Of a stretch of 64,000 nucleotides of DNA, positions 58,368-64,000 are shown piece after piece. Under the pieces are notes generated by a model that was given only the letters and a program-made list of their open reading frames with translations, had not been told where the DNA came from and did no database searches. The number at the start of each line of letters is the position of its first letter. Within the stretch, counting starts at the first letter, position 1. A program made the translations under genes and the position numbers. The DNA is from Waddliaceae bacterium (GTDB lineage: Bacteria; Chlamydiota; Chlamydiia; Chlamydiales; SLFE01): positions 1-64,000 of the forward strand of contig CAWAPJ010000010.1 in NCBI GenBank assembly GCA_963783885.1. The letters are read 5' to 3'.

Positions 58368-59132
58368 TTAAACCCTTTCTTTTAATGTTTGTACAGCAGT
58401 GGCGAGATCGAGGAAATGCCGCCCGGCCTCTTCGTCCCCGCTGTGGCACGATGAGGGATATCCCTCGTCGCTTCCCCGGCGGATTGCCAAGGCGATGGGG
58501 ATGCTTCCCAAAAGAGGAAGATTTAAATTGCGGGCCAATTCGCGGGCCTTTCCTTCTCCGAATATCGGGTATTTTTCGTTTGTGCCGGGAACGGTAAAAC
58601 CCGCCATGTTTTCGATGATCCCCAATATGGGAATTTGCAGCTGATCGAAAGAGTTGATCGCTTTGACCGCGTCGAGCACAGCCACCTCCTGAGGAGTCGT
58701 GACGATTAAAGCTCCTTCGATCTTAAGCAGCTCTGAAAGCGATAGGGGAACATCTCCGGTGCCAGGGGGCAGGTCTATTAGTAATATGTCCAGCTGACCC
58801 CATTCTACTCCGGATATCATTTTTTGCAACATCCCATGGAGCATGGGGCCCCGCCAGAGGACCGAGCGCGCCTCCTCCAAAAAAAAGCCGATAGACATGA
58901 TATGGACGCCAAACTTAGTAAAGGGGATGATCCGCTCAAACCCTTCGCGGTCAATGGTTGTTTGAGGGCTCAGCTGCCGAAGTCCGGTCATGATCGGAAT
59001 CGATGGGCCATAGAGGTCGGCGTCTAAAACTCCTACCTTAAGGCCCTGTTTTGCTAGGGCAACCGCTAAATTGATCGTTACAGTTGATTTGCCAACCCCA
59101 CCCTTTCCCGATCCTATCGCGATCACTTGCAT
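58368..59132 (-). CDS. mrp: Mrp/NBP35 Fe-S carrier ATPase
   Basis: GKGGVGKST, DADLYGPS, WRGPM, DLPPGTGD, ENM. Confidence 0.92.
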   Translation of the reverse strand: MQVIAIGSGKGGVGKSTVTINLAVALAKQGLKVGVLDADLYGPSIPIMTGLRQLSPQTTIDREGFERIIPFTKFGVHIMSIGFFLEEARSVLWRGPMLHGMLQKMISGVEWGQLDILLIDLPPGTGDVPLSLSELLKIEGALIVTTPQEVAVLDAVKAINSFDQLQIPILGIIENMAGFTVPGTNEKYPIFGEGKARELARNLNLPLLGSIPIALAIRRGSDEGYPSSCHSGDEEAGRHFLDLATAVQTLKERV

Positions 59133-59572
59133 GACTCGTATTCCATTTGCCGGGTTAAGTTCTCTTCGATCTCATCGCATGGAACGAGTTCATCGCCCTT
59201 GTCGATCCCTTCGCAATCTGCCGCGGCCTTTTGCCACGCCTGCTCGGATGTTAAATTTTGCAGCCACCAAGGAAAGGTGCGGCATTGCGTGGGCCTCACA
59301 GGGTAAATTTGACATTTGTTGTCTTTAAGAAAAATGCAGTCGTAATTTCCCGCTCTCTCAAGGAGAGCGAATCGACTGCCGACTTTACGGAGATATTTTT
59401 TTCCGAATTCTTCTAATGAAATGTTGAGAAATTCGGCCATAGCGACGATTTCATCTTCGCAGGCCCACGTATAGCCGGGAGAGCCGCTGCAGCATTTGCC
59501 GCACTCTGTACATTTGAAATTGAGCCCTCTCTTATACCAGGGATTGACGACTTTTAATTTTGATTCACTCAT
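59123..59572 (-). CDS. YkgJ family cysteine cluster protein
   Basis: CTECGKCC...CIFL...CQIYPVRPTQCRTFPW. Confidence 0.9.
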   Translation of the reverse strand: MSESKLKVVNPWYKRGLNFKCTECGKCCSGSPGYTWACEDEIVAMAEFLNISLEEFGKKYLRKVGSRFALLERAGNYDCIFLKDNKCQIYPVRPTQCRTFPWWLQNLTSEQAWQKAAADCEGIDKGDELVPCDEIEENLTRQMEYESCK

Positions 59573-59687
59573 TTTCTTTAAGCATTTGCCGGATTCCGGC
59601 GACGACAAACAAGATCAGAAAAACGCCGCAGACAGCGCCGACAACAGCGACTTCCGTCAGTAGGCTGGCAAGAATTCCATATGGCAT
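59565..59687 (-). CDS. 40-aa single-TM small protein (not in the ORF track)
   Basis: AGGAG RBS; MPYGILASLLTEVAVVGAVCGVFLILFVVAGIRQMLKENE; stop overlaps the YkgJ start. Confidence 0.7.
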   Translation of the reverse strand: MPYGILASLLTEVAVVGAVCGVFLILFVVAGIRQMLKENE

Positions 59688-59736
59688 AAACTTCTCCTAA
59701 ACCCTGAGTAATGATAGGTCATGATAAGGGTGATTG

Positions 59737-60738
59737 TCAATTTTTCTTTGGTTTAAGCTGTTTTTTGGAAAATGCCAGCACGTCCCTTGCTGTTTGGCTG
59801 ATCTCTTCAGAATTGATTTGAATTGTTTGCTTTAAGAGACGAAGATAAACTTTCTCGGAAGCGGCATACCAAAGAAGCGCCTTGGCATAATTGAGTTTGA
59901 GATTATGGGCTTCGGCATCAGATAAGCCCAGCAAATTTTTTTTGGCCAGAAAGTCAATTCTTTCAATTGTCGATTTGGGAATCTTTTCTACTTGAATGCG
60001 GTCGAATTTGAGCAGTTCCAGGATCAGGTCGGCGAGTTTGTACTGAATAACGCGTAGGATCGGGTATTTGACTCCTTTGATTCTTTTGTGATTATAGGAA
60101 ACTGTTCCTGAAGCTAAGTTTATCTGTTCGGTATTTGGTTTAACTGTTTCGCAGCAAAGTCTTAGGATTTTTCTTGAACCGCCAAGAGCACTTGAGCGGA
60201 ATCGGCCCAAGATTTTTGTTGAGCCTTGCTTTAAATGCTCCTGAAACTTTTTTTTGAAGGCTGTCATGACAGTTTTAGATCCGATTAGCCTGGTCGAATC
60301 CAGCGCTCGGGTAGGGAAAGGACGCTTTCCTTTTTTGTACATCAGCAAGTTATCGCTGTCGATATGGTAAATTTCCAGTTCGTGATGAAAAATGGATAGA
60401 TTGCTTTTTAAGACTTGAATTATTTTTTTGATCAATTCCTCGTCATAATCTTTTTTTGTCGGGATAATTGCTTGTATTTCAACGTTTGAACTTTTGTTGA
60501 TTTTTTCTTGTCTTCCATCGCTTCCTGTATAGGCAAGGCAAAGATTCGAGCTTTTAGAAAGATCAGGGATGGCTTGTTCAAATATTTTTTTGGCAATTGA
60601 ATGAACAGAGGCGAATTGGGCTATATCGCTTTGCAGACGGTCGGGGGACAGTTCCTTTTGTATACATACTTTAGGAGGTCGATTTTCCGAGTCTGCGACG
60701 GTTATGTAATTATTGAGAAAGTTCGGTTCAAGATTCAT
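59737..60738 (-). CDS. Hypothetical protein with a nucleotidyltransferase-like motif
   Basis: CLAYTGSDGRQE resembles the GS.GR.E loop of pol-beta/GlnD-type NTases; helical C-terminal half. Confidence 0.5.
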   Translation of the reverse strand: MNLEPNFLNNYITVADSENRPPKVCIQKELSPDRLQSDIAQFASVHSIAKKIFEQAIPDLSKSSNLCLAYTGSDGRQEKINKSSNVEIQAIIPTKKDYDEELIKKIIQVLKSNLSIFHHELEIYHIDSDNLLMYKKGKRPFPTRALDSTRLIGSKTVMTAFKKKFQEHLKQGSTKILGRFRSSALGGSRKILRLCCETVKPNTEQINLASGTVSYNHKRIKGVKYPILRVIQYKLADLILELLKFDRIQVEKIPKSTIERIDFLAKKNLLGLSDAEAHNLKLNYAKALLWYAASEKVYLRLLKQTIQINSEEISQTARDVLAFSKKQLKPKKN

Positions 60739-60822
60739 ATTAAAAGATTATATATGAAACCGTTAAAGATAGTATAAAGATTATCAGTATTCTTTTTTTG
60801 CCGATTTTGTTAAACTGGTTTC

Positions 60823-62199
60823 ATGCAAAAACAAAGAGAGCATTGGAGCTCGCAAATTGGATTTATTTTGGCCGCGGCAGGATCTGCTATCGGCCTGGGA
60901 ACTCTATGGAAGTTCCCTTATGTCACCGGCCAAAATGGCGGAGGGCTGTTTGTTTTCGTCTATGTTTTTTGCACATTTTTTGTTGCCGTTCCTCTTTTTA
61001 TGGCCGAGCTGACTCTTGGAAGACGGGCGCAGCGGGGAGCGGTCGGGGTTTTCGCAAGCCTGTCGTCTAACTCGACGGTCTGGAAATCTGCGGGTTGGAT
61101 CGGTGTGGCTTCTTCGTTTTTAATTATGACCTACTACAGCGTTCTTGCCGGCTGGGGGCTCAACTACATTCTGATGTCTTTGAATCAGTTTTGGATCGGA
61201 AAATCGCCCGCGGAAATAACGCAGACCTTCGACATTCTCCAGGCTTCTGGGAGCATTACCCTTTTTTGGCAGGCTCTTTTTGTTATTTTAACCGTTGGTT
61301 TGGTCTACCCTGGCATTCGGCATGGTATCGAATACTGGAGCCGGTTCATGACTACCGGACTCCTCATTATCCTTGTCGGCCTCTGTTTATACAGCCTTAC
61401 CCTGGACGGATTTTCCGAGGCGCTTGATTTTATCTTCACTCCCAGCGCTAAAAAAATGAAGCCTTCGGGATTTTTAGAAGCCTTGGGACTTTCATTTTTT
61501 ACTCTTAGCCTGGGTCAGGGAATCATGCTCACATACGGCAGCTACTTAAGGCGCGAAGATGATATTCCCAAAACCGGCCTTGTCGTCGGCACAATGATTT
61601 TGATTGTCGCATGTCTTGCGTCTATGACGATCTTTCCCGTACTTTTTACCTTCGACCAGCCTCCCGAGGCGGGTCCCGGACTGGTTTTTAAGGCCTTGCC
61701 TTTGCTTTTTGCTAAATTACCGGGGTCTTTGCTCCTCTCGACTACTTTTTTCACGCTTTTTGTTTTTACTGCCTTAACGTCGGCTATGCCTTTGATAGAA
61801 GTTCCGGCGGCCAACTTTATGGATCTTTTCGGGTGGTCTCGGAAGAAGTCGGTCTTGATTGTCGGGACGGCTGTTTTTATAGCAGGCATTCCTTCCGCTC
61901 TTTCAGGAACCAACTTCCTCTTTCCCGAGTGGGAGCAGATTTACGGAAAAACATTCTTCGCAACCATTGACGAGCTTGTTTCCGTTTGGCTGATACCTAT
62001 TGGCGGATTTATGACTGTCATTTTTACCGGGTGGTTTTTAGACTTGTCCATGCTAAAAAAAGAATTTCAGGAAGGGTCGAAACTCCAGTGGCTTTGGCTC
62101 CCCTGGGTATTTTTCATCCGATGGGTGGCCCCTATCGCCATTGCAGCAATCCTGCTGCAAATGGCCGGCATTGTCAATTTTGACAAATGGTTCTCATAA
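60823..62199 (+). CDS. Sodium-dependent transporter (NSS/SNF family)
   Basis: REHWSS..GFILAAAGSAIGLG..WKFPY, NGGG.F, FFTLSLG, AGPGLVF. Confidence 0.93.
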   Translation: MQKQREHWSSQIGFILAAAGSAIGLGTLWKFPYVTGQNGGGLFVFVYVFCTFFVAVPLFMAELTLGRRAQRGAVGVFASLSSNSTVWKSAGWIGVASSFLIMTYYSVLAGWGLNYILMSLNQFWIGKSPAEITQTFDILQASGSITLFWQALFVILTVGLVYPGIRHGIEYWSRFMTTGLLIILVGLCLYSLTLDGFSEALDFIFTPSAKKMKPSGFLEALGLSFFTLSLGQGIMLTYGSYLRREDDIPKTGLVVGTMILIVACLASMTIFPVLFTFDQPPEAGPGLVFKALPLLFAKLPGSLLLSTTFFTLFVFTALTSAMPLIEVPAANFMDLFGWSRKKSVLIVGTAVFIAGIPSALSGTNFLFPEWEQIYGKTFFATIDELVSVWLIPIGGFMTVIFTGWFLDLSMLKKEFQEGSKLQWLWLPWVFFIRWVAPIAIAAILLQMAGIVNFDKWFS

Positions 62200-62318
62200 T
62201 CAAAGCTATAAGTTTCGTTTTCATTCTTTTTTTTAGAAAAATATCTTGATGTTTTCCTCATGTCCCCCTAAACATTAGTGTATAAAGACTTTTCGCATCT
62301 TTTGCGTAAGGAGAGATT

Positions 62319-64000
62319 ATGGATTGCAATTCCATCAGGATAGGCGGCTCTATACAAGGCTCTTTGAACGGGTTGGAAAAGATTTACAACAGCCTGGATT
62401 CTTTAAAGGCCATAGAGCCGGGATGCTACTATTATTATGATTCAGAAACAAAAGAGTTTTATCAGCATCTCCATAGTGCTAAAAAGGGAATCGAAAGCTG
62501 GACAGGCGGCAAAGGATATATTACGAGCCTTTTTGAGGTGGGCCTCCAGCCGCTCTCCCGTGCTTTATTTACCAGGGAAAACTATAAACTATTATCCGAC
62601 GGTATTCAGTCTGTTTACGATTCGGTTATCAATAAAATAAAGGAAATCGAGTATTCCTCAGTTGAGCCCGGTGTGCCTGCTCTCGACAGGGAATATGTGT
62701 TGAAGAAGGTGGAGAAACTTGACAGAAAGGTTCGTGATGCAGCCGAAGGGGTTCACACGCTGACAACGCTTTACAAAAACCAGAAATACAAAAGTGATGC
62801 GTTTTTGCATCATTGGAAACAGTTTACTAAAACACTACCTAAAAAAGTTCAAGCAGTCAGTGACAAAATCTTGAGACAGAAAGTTTTGGATGAAGAGTTG
62901 GCAAAAGATAATTGGTGTAAGCAGGAAAGACAAAGAAAGTTGGCTCAGGATAAAAAAGAGAGGCAAAAATTAGGGGATAGAAATCGCAGGTTATTGGAAG
63001 AAGCAGAAAGAAAGCGGGCCAGAGAATTTTTGCAAAATGAGAAGCAACAAGTGGATCCCAGAACGGGTTTCTCTCGTAAAGATGTTGAAAAGATTGGACG
63101 GTTTTTAAGCAATTATCGAACAAAGAATAATGCCCTTTTGGAAAAAAAAATGAGAGAAGATCCTCTCAATCCTTTTTTGTATTTGTGCCCCAAAACAACG
63201 GGTATCGATTGGACTCTACAGTATTGGAATGATAAAATAGTCGTTCTTTTATCGGACTTGATTGGCAAGGGCGATTATAAAATAGTTGAAAAATCAATTG
63301 AATTTATACCTGAAGAGGAAGCTTTGGGTAAAATTCTTGCAAACGCTACTTCGGCCATTTTTCCTTCAGAAGATCATAATAATAAGGTGGCTCAAAACGA
63401 AAGACATTTTTTGAATAAGTTTCTATATAACAAGGATCTAAAGAAATATCGATGCCTGAGGGGATTTGTGAGGGTTAAGAAAATTTCCAGCTGTGAACTT
63501 CGCAATCGGACGAAACTGCAGTCTATATTAATGAAATATTACAATCTGGGAAGTTTGGACAAATTTATCAAGGATAAGAGGCTCACGAGAGAAAAAAAAC
63601 ATATAATATTTCTAGATATTCTTCATGCCCTTGTTCTGATTCATAGGAACAATGTTATTCATAATAAGATTATTCCAGATAACATTCTTTTGGAAAACAC
63701 CTCCAAGCTAGCAATAAAAAATGGGATTAGCGCTGCACTTTGCGACTTTGGATTTTGCTGCGAAAGCTCTGAGCCTAAAGCCGCTGGGCGGCTCTATTAC
63801 ACCGCTCCCGAAGTCATAACCGCAATGTATCGGTCTAATGAATATGTAAAAAAAATCACCAAAAAGGCCGATATCTGGTCTTTTGGCTGCACACTGTGGG
63901 CCCTGTATGTCGGAGAAAATACGCCCTGGATGAAACTCATCCAGGAGAACGAAAATAAATTATCTCAAGAGGCGATTGAGTTGATGAACCGCGAAGATGC
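62319..64000 (+). CDS. Hanks-type kinase-domain protein, probable pseudokinase; 3'-truncated by window edge (not in the ORF track)
   Basis: AAGGAG RBS and ATG at 62319, open to the window end by hand translation; IGKGDYKIV, MKYYNLGSL, IHNKIIPDNILL, CDFG, YTAPE, DIWSFG. Confidence 0.82.
   Translation, partial: MDCNSIRIGGSIQGSLNGLEKIYNSLDSLKAIEPGCYYYYDSETKEFYQHLHSAKKGIESWTGGKGYITSLFEVGLQPLSRALFTRENYKLLSDGIQSVYDSVINKIKEIEYSSVEPGVPALDREYVLKKVEKLDRKVRDAAEGVHTLTTLYKNQKYKSDAFLHHWKQFTKTLPKKVQAVSDKILRQKVLDEELAKDNWCKQERQRKLAQDKKERQKLGDRNRRLLEEAERKRAREFLQNEKQQVDPRTGFSRKDVEKIGRFLSNYRTKNNALLEKKMREDPLNPFLYLCPKTTGIDWTLQYWNDKIVVLLSDLIGKGDYKIVEKSIEFIPEEEALGKILANATSAIFPSEDHNNKVAQNERHFLNKFLYNKDLKKYRCLRGFVRVKKISSCELRNRTKLQSILMKYYNLGSLDKFIKDKRLTREKKHIIFLDILHALVLIHRNNVIHNKIIPDNILLENTSKLAIKNGISAALCDFGFCCESSEPKAAGRLYYTAPEVITAMYRSNEYVKKITKKADIWSFGCTLWALYVGENTPWMKLIQENENKLSQEAIELMNRED

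Noticed and set aside
62437-63123. Two short ORFs listed in the track
   Set aside because: Both overlap the long kinase-domain ORF starting at 62319.

Overview
A 64-kb chromosomal window from an environmental chlamydia (Parachlamydiales/Waddlia-like). The assignment rests on gene content and order matching the Chlamydia CT268-CT282 block (gcvH, nqrE-D-C-B, dnaA, CT274- and CT273-like genes, rsmH-ftsL-ftsI-murE-amiA) plus a DUF648-like protein. The core also carries a full glycine cleavage operon, corA, a DegT/PseC aminotransferase, gnd, cmk-cdsA-uppS-purA-lepA, pgm, mrp, an NSS transporter and three tRNAs (Arg-CCT, Leu-CAG, Leu-CAA). Accessory content includes a TolC-MFP-RND cluster bounded by a decayed copy of the pseC 3' end, a multicopper oxidase/TolC pair, a truncated IS982, and several candidate effectors. 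The effector candidates are an IQ-motif/PRTase-like protein, a pseudokinase, an NTase-like protein and a secreted 2H phosphoesterase. The strongest signals are in non-coding DNA. (1) A 1564-bp IS903-type element with an exact 9-bp target duplication carries a GxxExxY nuclease passenger and long subterminal repeats. (2) At least five families of roughly 110-170-bp palindromic MITEs are present, one nested in another. (3) One TTAA-targeting MITE family has inserted twice into the first codons of genes (nqrC and a fatty-acid desaturase). In both cases it appears to rescue the gene by supplying a new in-frame ATG coupled to the stop of the old, now frameshifted, start. No CRISPR array or rRNA was seen. 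All family names come from motif recognition, not database searches.
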